A DNA stretch of 64,000 bases from Podarcis bocagei (Eukaryota). Numbering within the stretch: position 1 is the stretch's first letter; each line of letters starts with the position of its first letter. Shown here piece by piece: positions 50,847-63,878 of the stretch. Location of the stretch: the NCBI GenBank assembly GCA_964188305.1, contig OZ076886.1. One strand, written 5' to 3'. The position numbers and the translations under genes were made by a program. The notes under the pieces are model-generated. The model worked only from the letters and a program-made list of their open reading frames with translations. It had not been told where the DNA came from and ran no database searches.

Positions 50847-51819
50847 TATATATACACTGTAATATAAAACACAATAATAGAAAGGCCTGGGTCCGGCCTT
50901 TAAAAGGCCGTCCTAACTTTCTTGTTTTAACATCATGACAGAAGGCTATTAAAGAGGGAGAAAGAGAATTCCAGATTCTGGGTGCAACCACAGAGAAGCC
51001 CCTCCCTCATGTTTTCTTTTAAATAAATAAATTCCATCCAACTCCCTCCCCATCTGCAGTCATAGTGGTGCTAGGGATCATTGCGGCCATCCTACGTCCA
51101 TATTTAGTTCCCTGGGAGTGAAGTCCACAGAAGCAGTGTGGATATGGGCAAAACAGTCATGGTGGAATCTGTACTTCATAATTTCCTGCTTGGTTTGGTA
51201 CCTTTTCAAAAAGAAGCAGAGCCCAGCTGCATCTGTTTTTGTTTACCACTTTTCTAGTTCTCTTTGTGGGACTTTAGACAAACTTTCAAGGGAAAGTGTG
51301 GGGGGGCGACTCTTCATCACCCTGTCTTTCACTTTGATGGGCTCCCTGTTCTTTGAGTCTATGAGAAACATTCCAAACCACAGTGAGATCCACTCTGAAG
51401 CCGGGCCGCCTTCTTCCAAGGCTTAATGTCGCACAGTATAAATTATAGACCCCTCATGCCATGAACCTGTCCTCTTATCTCGGAAAGCTCAAAGCTGACT
51501 GTAGCGAAACTCCACTTCACTTAATCTTCTCCCAAGCGTCTTCAATCAAGCACAATTTCAAAAAAGTGTGTTTTTTTATTTTAAAAAAAACAGCACACAT
51601 ACCATCCTTCTGCTTATTTGGGATAATACTGCAATAACTTTTAAAAGGCATAAAGCTTTGAGATCTTGAAGGGGCTGCCTGGGTGAGTGAGGGGGGGGGA
51701 TACTTGTAGAGCTGAGAAAAAGATATAGAACAGTGGGTGCAGAGCTAAAACAAGGTCCCTAGTCTGATTTTTAGAGAATACAATGAGAGGTAGCATCAGA
51801 TCAGACTAAAGGGCCAGAT

Positions 51820-51918
51820 CCATCTGCCATGGATGCTTTAGCTGAGATTCTTGTGTTGCAGAGGTTTGGACTAGATGACCCTTGGGATCCCTTCCAACAC
51901 TACAATTCTATGATTCTA
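51820..51918 (+). mobile_element. CR1-type 3' tail (CR1 LINE or CR1-mobilised SINE)
   Basis: GGACTAGATGACC...CCCTTCCAAC..ATTCTATGATTCTAT; second copy at about 63534-63632. Confidence 0.8.
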
Positions 51919-52596
51919 TCCAGCAGACTGGCAATCCTGTTCCCTATTCATTCTCATTGCCCTATAAATTGGTCCCGTGCTGCCTTTTCCTAGTGTACTG
52001 AAAGCTGGTGAAGCCCACTAGGTACATGGCTTTTCTGCTACCAAGGGGTTAAATATAGCTAGGCTTCTTCTGCTTTTTCCCTTGCAGAAGGCTCTGCCTC
52101 ACTTACCCACATTAGGAAGTTTAGCTATGGTGGTACAAGTTACCTTGACTGAATCAGACTGTCCAGAAATGCTAAGCAACCATCCTGCTTGTAAAACCAA
52201 TCATTTTCCATCTGTCCAGATTTGAGAGGATGCTGTGCAAAATGCCCATCAGTAGGCCCTCTCTTCCATCAATGGGCCCTGGCATCCTTACCTGGGAGCA
52301 GGCACCATCTCCCTAAACAGCCACCATTGTCTAGCCACCATTTTATTCTCAAAGTTTCCCAGAGCTACATTGTGTAAGAGGCATTGTGGGAAATTTAAAT
52401 GATAGCTAGACCCACTTGCTCCAGGCTGCTTGGAATGCAGGCATCAGAATTGCTTTCAGTGGGAAGCTCCAGAGCAGACAGTGGTGGACACTGCAAAGGC
52501 ACTGGAGCCCTGGGTGCTGTCCAATGGTTCCAGGTGCTGATTCTCATACTTGGGTCAACTTAAAAGGTGACAAGGGGAAGTTCAGCATGCGACTCT

Positions 52597-53098
52597 GATG
52601 CCTTACTCCACCCTGGAGAGTTATTGGGGCAGATCTGCAAGTGATGACATTGTGAAGTGGTTGGGGATTGAACCTGGGCCCTTCAGCATGCAAAACAGAT
52701 GCTCTACCACTAAGCTAGGGACGCGGGTGGCACTGTGGGTTAAACCACAGAGCCTAGGACTTGTCGATCAGAAGGTCGGTGGTTCGAATCCCCGTGACGG
52801 GGTGAGCTCCCGTTGCTCGGTCCCAGCTCCTGCCAACCTAGCAGTTCGAAAGCATGTCAAAGTGCAAGTAGATAAATAGGTACCGCTCCGGCGGGAAGGT
52901 AAACGGCGTTTCCGTGCGCTGCTCTGGTTTGCCAGAAGCGGCTTAGTCATGCTGGCCACATGACCCGGAAGCTGTACGCTGGCTCCCACGGCCAATCTAA
53001 AGTGAGATGAGTGCCGCAACCCCAGAGTCGGTCACGACTGGACCTAATGGCCAGGGGTCCCTTTACCTTTACCTTACCACTGAGCTATGGCTCTTCCC
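52597..53098 (-). mobile_element. Squam2-like tRNA SINE interrupted by a Sauria SINE
   Basis: GGGATTGAACCTGGG...GCATGCAAA..GATGCTCTACCACT|GAGCTATGG is the reverse complement of the 24132 head. Confidence 0.75.
52718..53074 (+). mobile_element. Sauria SINE, young (CpG-rich)
   Basis: 13-bp TSD TACCACT(A/G)AGCTA (52705-52717, 53075-53087). Confidence 0.95.
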
Positions 53099-54377
53099 CT
53101 GCTTAGGATTGCAACCTTTAGAAAACATAAGCATCAATCCTATTGATCCACTCAGCTTGGGAGGCTGACTGAAAGGTGATGCTCCACCTTCACTCCCGTC
53201 CCTAGTTTTCCCAGGCCTGATAGTCAGCTGAGAGTCAGGCTAACTTCACAGATGAGCATCAACTCATGGAATCTAGGGCTGTGCACCTCTGCACCCATGG
53301 CACATTACATGTATCCCTCTAGTTTACCATAACAGGCTGAGAATAGCAGTACTGCTATGCAGCCTGACTGCAAGAATGGCAAGGTTCCTCTGTCCTGGCT
53401 CTGTGCCTAGAAACCTCTCTCTCATTCACCGTTCAGCTCTTGAATTATTGCTGGGATATTACCCTTTCCTTGGAAAGGAACTCTGCAAACAGCCAGCTGT
53501 GCAGAGCACAGGGGGGAAAGCTGCAAGGGTGTCATTAAGGTCACTGGAAGAGTCCCATGCTGGGGCTAAAGAACAATTCCTGACAAAATGAGGTGGTTGG
53601 AGCAGTTCATAGATAAAGACCTGCCTGTCATTCTGTTACATGAACCTATATTCCAATTTTATCTGGTGAATGTGATTCTCTCTTATCCAGTTTGCTGTTT
53701 GAAGGGATTTGGAGCAGAATAGATAATCCTAACTTTGAACATAAATCACTGAGCTGTGTGGCTGATAGATGCCTTGCACTTTCTTATGATAATGCCTGAT
53801 TGGAGGCCGGGAGGAAAAATGCCAGAGGCTTATCTCTGGGAAGCAGCATTCAGAGGGGATGCGATGAGAGTGCTGGTGCAGGAGGGGAGGCCAGGCGATG
53901 GGGCTCTCGCTTACCTATTTATTTACTTATTTTTGAGATCTAAACTTCAGTGGAAATGCCATGAGGGATGTCACGGGGAAGGGAGAGCCTGGGGCCAGAG
54001 TTGAGTGTCAGGCATGTTGAGTGTCTTGCCAAGAGCCAAGGAAGCTGTGATAGAAACAACAAGAACAATGTTATTGAAGGAAGCCTAGGGCTCTGGGGCT
54101 TAATGCCATCAAGCAAAGGACTTTTGTTTTGAAACCTCGCCTACATTCTTCATCAGCAACCTGTTATTTCTATGATATGGCTTAAAAGCAGACTATTCTG
54201 AAGTTGCATTAATGTAAGAGAGATGGGGGACATGAGAAGGAAACCTCTTGTATGCTATCTGAAAAGGTTACAGGATTGAGCTGGTTGTCCAGGGTTCTGG
54301 AGGTGGGGCTCCTTCAGAGTAAGAGCTATCCAGGAGTTCAATCCTATACTTGTCTAGTCAGAAGTTCCATTGAGTTC

Positions 54378-54635
54378 AAGAAGAAGAAGAAGAAGAAGAG
54401 TTTGGATTTGATATCCCACTTTATCACTACCCGAAGGAGTCTCAAAGAGGTTAACATTCTCCTTTCCCTTCCTCCCCCACAACAAACACTCTGTGAGGTG
54501 AGTGAGGGTGAGAGACTTCAAAGAAGTGTGACTGGCCCAAGGTCACCCAGCAGCTGCATGTGGAGGAGCGGAGACACGAACCCGGTTTCCCAGATTATGA
54601 GTCCACCGCTCTTAACCACTACACCACACTGGCTC
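54378..54635 (-). mobile_element. Squam3-type SINE, young
   Basis: Reverse complement of 48107-48351 with a longer (CTT)n tail. Confidence 0.9.
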
Positions 54636-54852
54636 TCAATAGGACTTGCTCGCATGTAACTTTGCATTAGAAAATAGGAAGCTGACTGACATTTATACCA
54701 AATGTGAACCAGGTAAAACATAAGACAACACTGATGGAACAAGTCAGTGGCCCATTTGGTCAAACATCCTGTTCTCACAGTAGCCAACCAGATTTAGGAC
54801 TATAAACTCCAGCTGGTAACAAAGTTCTGGGGTGGATGTGACCTAAGAGACC

Positions 54853-54857
<5 letters not shown>

Positions 54858-54895
<38 letters not shown>
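54858..54895. repeat. (AC)n microsatellite
   Basis: Direct inspection. Confidence 0.95.
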
Positions 54896-54898
<3 letters not shown>

Positions 54899-57800
54899 AC
54901 CTTCCTCGCTTGCTCTCCTTTGCATTGAAATGAATAGTGTGGAATAATGCAATGATAATATCTAATTAATTTTGTAATTAACTACATAAAATTCCACCAC
55001 AGCAGACAGTGAGCCGAATAATGAAGTTTTTGTCAGAAGCAGAACTGTAGAAGAATGGAAACAGTGCTGCATGTGATGAACGGAACAGAACTTGTCTTGT
55101 TACATTCCTATTCAATGGAAGAGTCCACACTTTGCACACAGAAGCTTTCTGGCATCTCCAAGTTTATCAGGGTGTCACAAATCCCAGAGATCTGCTGTCC
55201 ATCAGAGTAGACAAATACTTGATGGACTCATGGACCTACAAGATATAAGTTACTTCCTAGGTTTGTGTCACCACAGGAATTGCATTAGATAGAGCCATAG
55301 AAACAGACTGTTCCACATTGCAAAGAAATGTAACTGTTCTGCCATTTTGTGTTCTGCTTTGTTGGCAAAATGATTGCTTCTCTTTTCAGTGGTTTGCTCT
55401 GACCAGGAGGTTCAAAAGTTCACAGCATGGTCAAACATTTAGCCTAGAAATCTGCTAGTTCAGGGGCAGTGGGGCTTGAAAATTAAAGAAGCAAACAATT
55501 ACAGGGAACACAAACCTAAAGCATGTGGAAACTCCCCTGTTTCAGGGGAAGAATGAGAATGAGAAACCTAACAGGTCTTGGGGAATAGAAACTTTTCCAG
55601 GATTCTCCCCCTCTTCTGGCTGGGCAAGAGTTTGGGAGTGAGAGTTGAAATAATATAAGGGGATATAATAAGTATATTAGGGGAGAATTAAAAAGAGTGA
55701 AAATGCTGAAAAGTGTTTGTGCATGACTGTGAGAGGGGAGGAACTGGACTGGACCACCCAAAAACTGAAGTAAGGGAGAGAAAGTGATGATTGCAAGCCT
55801 CGCTAGTGAAATTATCTTATCTAGGTTGAGAGATAGATTCTTTTCCCTCTCTTGTTTTTATGAGAAATTGTTAAAAGTAGTTTTTAAAATACGATCCCCC
55901 CCCCAATATTTCCCTCTGATTTTTTATTTTTTTTATGGTTTAAATGTTTCTGGGGCCTTATTTACAGTATGTCCAATTGCCCTACTACTCTATCCAGTAT
56001 AGAGAGTTGGTTGGCCCAGAAAGTTCTAAAGGTTTTTTAAAAAAAGCTGTTTAGCACACACAGACAAAAAGAGAAAAGAAAGAAGAAGGTATCTACTTGG
56101 TGAAGTTAACAAGGAAGAGCTGAAATAGAAATCTAACTGATGGAAGAAGAATAGGGCAGGGTATATGAAATCTAAATTTTGGGAGGGGAAATTATGGTCC
56201 TGGAGACAAGAACATACTTTATAGATCTGTATAGCTGGGGAGTGGGGAATATTTCACACCTGGATAAACTTGTTGGTCTTCACTGGTACTGTACTATATT
56301 ACAAATCTTTGGGGCAGCAAAGCAGTATGAGAAATCCCAGCACTTATGAATAATATGCAAGTGCTGGCAGTCCATATACCACTTAGTTCCACCCTGTCTT
56401 GCAATCCAGTGACAGTGTTTGAGAAGCACTGGAGCCAAAAGATCTGAGTTAATATAGCTAGCATCTCCTTAAATCAACGAAAATGGATAGCTGTGCATCG
56501 TTCTCAGCTAGAAATACATGCATGCATATCATTTCCCATTGGAATGTAGCAATTTCAAGGTGGGTTTTAAGTGCTGTGATTGTCATTTGTTTTCTTTTGT
56601 CCTTTCTAATCGGCGGCAAAATTCCCAATTGTTTCCACCTAGGTAAAGGGGAAACAAAATCCCATAGAAAATGGTGGCAAAGAAAAACCTCCAAAGATCA
56701 AATCTCCAAAATAGTTTTGTTATGTTGACATTCAGAAGATGGGGCTTTGAAGCCTGCCTTGATAGACACCAGGTGCCTGAATACCTTGAAATGTCCTCTT
56801 TGGGGTGGGGGGGGGGGGAGATGTCATGCTAGGAGTTCCAGAGCAGTTTCACCAGGCTGGCTAAATGCATGTATCTTTTAAGAGTTGCATTTTCAATTCT
56901 AACTAGAAAACACACACATAACACCAAAACCTGGGCTTAGCCAGATTCTTGATGCTGTGCATATACAAATGTGATCGTCTTACTAAAAGAGAATTAGCTT
57001 GGCTTAGGACTAAGGCCAAGGCGAAGTTTGTCCTTCCTGGTGCTCAAGGGCCTCCACCCTCCCCCAGCCCAAAGCGACTGGATGGACAGCTGCTCCCTGT
57101 TGCCTTCAGACTGGCTGGCGTCCAAGGAGGGGCCTGATGGAATGCCGAATCGGGCACCTGCTGCAAATCTGCCCAGAACAGCAGGGAAGGGAGCGATGAA
57201 TACAGCCTTCCTTAATCCTAGGTGCTGCCACGGCTTCTCCTAATGATATACCATTACTTGAAAGAAAAACAGTGCAGTCCCCAGAGACAGGCCAGACTGG
57301 AAATTTCTCAGGAGTCTGATTGTAATAGGAGAGGGCTGGTCTGTCCCATCCTTTTGTCTGGACGAGAAAGGAGGTGGGTGGTTTCGTTTCCTCACAAAAC
57401 ATGGCTGAAGAAAAGGTGGTGTTTCCTCGCCTACAGAGGAGAGGAGCAGGTAAGCAACCTGAAGATGGTAAAATGCTTCTGGGAGCTCAGTCATAACACA
57501 GGACATCATAGGCTTTGTGCAGAGAACCAGGAGCACCCAAGCCAAAATCTGGCAAGTGTCAGTATGGATCTAGAACTCCAGGAGAAGCAGCTTGGGGAGG
57601 TGATATTGAATAGGAATTGGTAGGAATATGGAGAAATTCTGTTCTCCTCCTTAAGATTTCAGTGTCCAAGACTGGAACTCATTGGAACTCTGTTCTGGCA
57701 CCTCTCAGGTGGGTGCCATTGCCATGATAAGAGAACAAAGGAAGTCTTCATGGTGAGTTCTGTCCCTGCTGCTGATTATGTACATGCTACATATACTCCC

Positions 57801-58914
57801 TCTAGCACCAATTTGCACGTATTATTTAGGCCACTAAAGCTGCAGTCCAAACGCTACAGACATGGCAGTCGAGCCCATTGGCTTACTTCTGAGCAGACCT
57901 GGTTAGGATTGCAATTCACCACCGGCACTAATTCCTGTAGCCATGTAAATGGGAAGTAATAAGGCCAAGAATATGCCTCGTTCAAATTATGGCTAGGCAC
58001 AGGAGGAGCTTGACGAAAGCTTCAGTGTTACAGTAATACTTGAAACATTTAAAAAGGTGAGTATGAAGTTGGGAATTGACTGCAACTTAAAAGCAAATCT
58101 TCAAAACATGAAAGCAGCTGCTCATCTCTACAAGAACTGAAGCCTTCTCTACTACAGGCAAAACCACGTCTGGGGGTATTCCCTCCCTCAACCAAAGGTA
58201 TCCTTCCTATGATTTTTGATCACATAATCTTGGGATATTATAAGTGACATTATCCTTTAGTGTTTTGTGTTATCCATTTCCAGCCAGAGCCAATGGCTAT
58301 ATTTACATAAAGGCTGTCCTTCCTGTGCCCTCACACCCCACAGGATTTAAAGCAGCATTTGATCTCCGAGATACAAGCTGTAATTGACTTCATTTAAAGA
58401 TTAACTTAATGTGATGCCTTATTAAAAGGGGAAAAAAGTTATTACGGAAGTTGTCAATCAAAGAGTTAAAGCCTTTTTATGAAAACCCAGTCACAAAATG
58501 TTTCCGTTTTAATATCCCAAAGGCCAAAAACAAATTACTAAACAGCAACGAGAGATTAGCAATTTCCAGCCTCTTTTGCATCTGTTACTTCACATCTTCC
58601 ACCTTTTGCTTGAAAGATGTCTCTCTGGTACAGCAGGAAAAAGCTAATTCTTTGGAAGGATTTGCGGTCTGATCCTGAATTTAGGGCTTCTGTGTAAGTA
58701 GGGAGCAGAGAGAAAAATATGAAGAAACAGCACAAATATCAAGAAAAGCAAAGGAGGCAAATAGGAAGTGTGAAAATATCTAGGTTCAAATTCAGCTGAG
58801 CACCTTTGTTACTATTCAACATTATGTGTGCTCTTAAGTATCAGAGAAATGCAAGTGCTTTGCTGCCTAAGGATGCCAGTAAGTGCTTTACTTGGTACAT
58901 AGAAAGGCTTTTAC

Positions 58915-59035
58915 ACATTACCACTACAACAGCAACAACAATTTTATTTATACCCTGCCCATCTGGCTGGGTTTCCCCAGCCACTCTGGGTGGCTTACAG
59001 CATATCTATAAACATAATAGAAACATCAATATAAA
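58915..59035 (-). mobile_element. L2 3' tail fragment
   Basis: TTTATACCCTGCCCATCTGGCTGGGTTTCCCCAGCCACTCTGGG is the reverse complement of the 35590-35635 tail. Confidence 0.8.
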
Positions 59036-59476
59036 AATAGCCTTATTTTGGAAGCATTAAAGCAATGGTGATTTGTGCCTTTGTGTAATTAGTTTGAAAG
59101 GCCTGAGTCTAGGCAAGTTTGCTTCAATCAACTGGCTTTGTGTCACTCAATATATGAATTTTCTCCTTGAAATGGAATATCTTGATCTGTCCCAATGACT
59201 AACAAATTAGAAATATTTTTTGCAGTCAGGATGGATTCCACCTTTGAGAGGGGGTTGAACTGAACTATTCCAGGCCTATCATCTAGTGAAATTTCCTGCT
59301 TGGGTTTAAACATGCAAGCAAATGTTGTGCTGGCTCTATCAAAGAAACCGAACAAACCAGTAAAACAGAACAAAGAAAGGTGCCAAAGAATGGATTTGGA
59401 TTAATTGGTTGATTGTCAGATTTATCCCTCGCCTTTCTGCACTTCAAGACAGCTAACAAAATGAAGCCAATACAAT

Positions 59477-59826
59477 GGGACGCGGGTGGCGCTGTGGGTT
59501 AAACCACAGAGCCTAGGACTTGCTGATCTGAAGGTCGGCGGTTCGAATCCCTGCGACGGGGTGAGCTCCCGTTGCTCGGTCCCTGCTCCTGCCAACCTAG
59601 CAGTTCTAAAGCACGTCAAAGTGCAAGTAGATAAATAGGTACCGCTCTGGCGGGAAGGTAAACGGCATTTCCGTGCGCTGCTCTGGTTCTCCAGAAGCGG
59701 TTTAGTCATGCGGGCCACATGACCCAGAAGCTGTATGCCGGCTCCCTTGGCCAATAAAGTGAGATGAGTGCCGCAACCCCAGAGTCGGCCACGACTGGAC
59801 CTAATGGTCAGGGGTCCCTTTACCTT
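59477..59826 (+). mobile_element. Sauria SINE
   Basis: Full-length; short TSD TACAAT(G). Confidence 0.95.
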
Positions 59827-60149
59827 TACAATGTAAATACAAGGAATTGTATCCCACATAACAGTTGCATGTCTTTCCCCCTGCCCTCCCCAATTCCCTA
59901 CTTCAGAGAGTCAGGGTAACTGCTGGGCATTGTGTTTGCCAGGGCTGTAGTGGAAAGGAAGAACCACTACAAATCAGGAAATCTGTAAAAGCAGCACAAC
60001 ATTCCTGTGTCTGCTTTTATGCAATATCCTTATTCCACTACAGCCATGTAGGACACAACCTGTAATTTGTAGCAGGTCCCCTGACCCTTTTGAAGAGGTT
60101 TTTGGGGAGAGTAATTGAGAAGGATCAATTGCACAAGCTGTATTCTGCT

Positions 60150-60458
60150 CAGGGCTGTCTTAAGCATATTCAGCGCTGGGGTGCAAAGATCTGCCCGGTG
60201 CCCCCACACAGGTTGCCCAGTCCCAGGCACACAGGAGGGCAAAGCGGGCCGGTCGCCTCAGCATCTTTCTGGCTCAGTCGTTCCCGATCTCGGAGTGCAG
60301 AGCCGCCCACAGTAGAAGAGCCCACTGTGGCGCTCCAGCCAGCAAGTGGGCTCTTCCCCGGACTCAACTCTCAGGCCCCGGACTCTCGGCCTGGTGCCCC
60401 TGAGAGCCTGGCACCCGGGTGCCCCACACCCCTAGCATCTATGGGTAAGACGGCCCTG
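60150..60458. mobile_element. GC-rich hAT-type MITE
   Basis: TIR CAGGGCTGTCTTA / TAAGACGGCCCTG; 8-bp TSD ATTCTGCT (60142-60149, 60459-60466). Confidence 0.9.
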
Positions 60459-62493
60459 ATTCTGCTTGCATGTTGGCACCCAAGTTTAAATATGTACATA
60501 CACACTCACAAACCATATAAACAACAAATAGGCTTGATAGTCCCATCAGGTTTATGGGCATAACCTGGAAATGAGTGGAGTTGGGTTGAAAGTGGACCTA
60601 TCAAAGCTGAAGAACTATTAAAACTGCATTTTAAAAAAAAATCAGGACTGATGTTGATTCCTAGGGCTGCACTACTTACAAAGTATAATCTCAGGGTGGT
60701 CCCTGGTTCCATTTTGAGGTAAGATGCTCATTATACTACATGGGCAGAAGTTGCAAAGCCTTGCTATGATTTTCATGATCGCAAGCCCTGATTCCCAGCG
60801 ACCCTTTCTGCTAGGACTCAGGCCTGGGATGGCTAGTAGACATCCCGTGAATCCCTTCGACACACAGGAGAAGCCCAAGGGGAAAGCCCTTTACAATTAA
60901 CACAATTTTCACAGTTTGCAGCCATCTGTGAAAAACAATGAATGGATCATTAGGAGTCATGGCTGCTTTCCTTCTCCTCCCAAACTTGTCATCTTCCAAG
61001 CTCTAGCCATGGTGCTGAAGCATCCCACCCTTCAGGGCTATGCAATGAGAGTGTCCATGGGAAGTTCTGCTGGGCTTACTAATAAGTAAGTGTGGGCTTT
61101 GGGAGGATCTTCTTCTTAGCTTACTCTCCAGCCAAGCATAATTAACCCTGAGCGCTGAAGAATTTTCGGGAACATAAAACCAATAGTAAAAGGGCATGTT
61201 TAGCATGCATTTTTATACATCTAAAAGTTCACTCCTCTATCAAGCTCTCTCTGAGACTAAAATTTGGATGGTTCCGTTACCTTCAGAGCACAGGCATTGA
61301 TAGACAACAGCTATGGATATTCTGGAACTGTAAAGAACACACATTAATAGTAAAATATGAACTGCACATTTTGTGAATTTTGGAAGGATTTGGGAATTTC
61401 ACATGTATACAATGTGTACAAATTAGTTTTATTTTTTAAGTAAATGTGTGACTGAAGGCAATTTAAAATATCTCATATTAATATCAGAGTGATTATGTGC
61501 TTTTAGGCACCTCTTATCTCTGGCATACCAGGAAATTGTGTAATGCCAGGGATGTTATGAAATGGGGCAACTTAGAGGAGGATTTTAGTGTGTGAAATCA
61601 GGCTTGCCTTGAGTGAGCTTTTCTTCAGAGTTCACCAGGGAGGAGTGTGTAAATATTTTGAGCTGAGTCTTTTATTGTAAAAAATAAATAAATTGTGAGA
61701 TTTTAGTATCGCACAGATTAAGTTAACTATATCTACATTCTTCTTCAGTTCTGGTTGTAATGTTCCACAACTGTTTAAACAGAATTTGTGAGTGCACCAT
61801 GTGCATTTCCAGTTACATCTCGTGTGTGCTGATCTTTCAGTTGAGATATTCACTTATTCACTCATATGATCAGACAGAAGATGCATTTTCAAAACACAAA
61901 CTACTTGTAAATGAAGAAGAAAAGTTCAACTATAGCTGCTGTGCTTAGAGACAGACAGTCTTCCAAAAGATTCCTCAGAATAACTCTGAATTTACCACAG
62001 TTTTCATTTTTCTGCATCCTCCAGTCATCCTGAAACCCTCAGTTCAATTCAGAGCAGTCCATTTGCTCATACAATGCCCATTGCCAATGGCCAATGGCTC
62101 AACATGAACGAAGTCTAATTACTCCATAATTAGAACAAGTTAATACTTGACAAAGTTTGAAGGGTTAACATTCTACTTCCCCAGGATTGAATGTTGAATG
62201 TTCAATTTACTCATCTCTTTCAGTGACTGAAATATTTCTCAGAAACTGAATACTTGACAGGCATATAAAAAGCCAAGGGGAAATTTGCCAGTGTTCTTCA
62301 ATGATTCAAAATCTGTATGTCATTTGTTTCAGGTTTTGCTGAAACCGCTAGGCAGAAACTAAAGAACAGTCAGTGTGGAATAGTGGTCAGAGTGTTGGGT
62401 TAGGGCATGAGGATTCAAATCCTCATTCATCCATGTAGCTCACTCGGTAGCCTTAAGCCAGTCACCATCTCTCAGTCTAACCTACCTCACAGG

Positions 62494-62630
62494 TACAGAT
62501 AGGTAGCCGTGTTGGTCTGCCATAGTCAAAATAAAAAAAATCCTTCCAGTAGCACCTTAAAGACCAACTAAGTTAGTTCTTGGTATGAGCTTTCATGTGC
62601 ATGCACACTTCTTCAGATTTTTTTTTTATT
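62494..62630 (-). mobile_element. Penelope-like element terminal (pLTR) fragment, copy 1
   Basis: GTAGCCGTGTTGGTCTG...GTAGCACCTTAAAGAC...CACTTCTTCAGA, recognised as a reptile Penelope terminus; 12-bp TSD CTACCTCACAGG (62482-62493, 62631-62642). Confidence 0.82.
62579..62618 (-). ncRNA. Minimal type I hammerhead ribozyme motif, degenerate (copy 1)
   Basis: RNA AU-CUGAAGA-A-GUGUG-CAUG-CACAU-GAAA-GC-UC/AUACCAA; stem I 5' arm lost; G-U at base of stem II. Confidence 0.65.
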
Positions 62631-63745
62631 CTACCTCACAGGGTTGTTGTGAGAATTTAATGGGGGGGGGGAGAGAACCACATGAAGGAAAGCTGGGGTA
62701 AAAATGAACGACCATATAAGTAAACAGATGAGGGGACCTTAAGGCATTGGCTACTAAGAAACTCAGCAAACTGGGTGCCTAACGTCTCCCTTCTCCTTTA
62801 ATTAACTGAACAAATTCACTAATTAGATTTTAATAATTCCACACTAGGTGAGTGCAGTCTTAAATGCAGTTAGGCCTGTGTTGACTGCAAAGAACCTGGT
62901 CTTCTACCAGAGGCGCTAGAAGCTAATTGTGCTTCGGGATTATGGTTCTCTGGTGGGAGATAAATTTAAATCAAGGGACTGTGAGCATGTGATAGAAAGC
63001 CACGTACGACAGAGTTGTGGATGGCATCTTTGTTCCATGCTGTGCTGAACGTCCAAAGATGTAACCAGACAGGAGGAGGGGAGAGAGAAGGGCTTTAATA
63101 AAAACCCTGATTAAGCAGTCAATTTAGCAAAGAGCCATCTATAAAGAATAGCTCCTTCAAAGGCTTCCCTAATGGCTCTATGTGTTATGTCAGAGCTGGG
63201 TAATAGAAAGCATATTTGCAAGAGCTATAAAATAGAGTCGGTGAGTGTCTGATAATAGAATGTGTTATATGTTTAATTAGCCAGACTAATCAATTGAACC
63301 CAAAAGAAATATAGCCAAACCCAAGGCTTGAGATGCCTTCTTGCACTGCTATCTCTTGCTTGGGCTTAGCTGGAAACTCATAACAATATACTGGTAGCTT
63401 CAGAGCTTTTTTAAAAAATGTAATCACCATGAAGAATCTGTGCAAATATTTAGCACTGTGCACATTTTGCTAGGATGGTTCTTCACTCTCTGATTATTTA
63501 GATCAAAATTCCCCAACCTGGTGCCCTCCTGGTGCCATCTGTCATAGTTGCTTTAGCTGAGATTCCTGGTTTGCAGGGGTTGGGCTAGATGACCCTTGGC
63601 ATCCCTTCCAACTACAAATCTATGATTCTATGAAATATTTTGCAATGCAACTCCCATCGGCCCCAGACAAAATGGGGGGTGGGCTCACTGACATCTGAAG
63701 AGCACTAAGCTGGGGAAGACATCCTAGTCTTACATAAAATAGCAT

Positions 63746-63878
63746 ACAGTTACAGATGGGTAGCCGTGTTGGTCTGCCATAGTCAAAATAAAAAAATTCC
63801 TTCCTGTAGCACCTTAAAGACCAACTAAGTTAGTTCTTGGTATAAGCTTTCGTGTGCATGCACACTTCTTCAGATACC
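63746..63878 (-). mobile_element. Penelope-like element terminal (pLTR) fragment, copy 2
   Basis: Near-identical to copy 1; 10-bp TSD AAAATAGCAT (63736-63745, 63879-63888). Confidence 0.82.

Larger units (their letters stand above)
62368..62705 (+). mobile_element. Old Squam3/MIR-like SINE split by a Penelope fragment
   Basis: CAGTGTGGAATAGTGG head, 'ccagtcaccatctctcagtctaacctacctcacagggttgttgtgag' core. Confidence 0.75.

Noticed and set aside
8969-59859. Recurrent ORFs with GHVASMTKPLL / CFRTARLAGAGTEQ resembling a gene family
   Set aside because: Antisense translations of Sauria SINE copies
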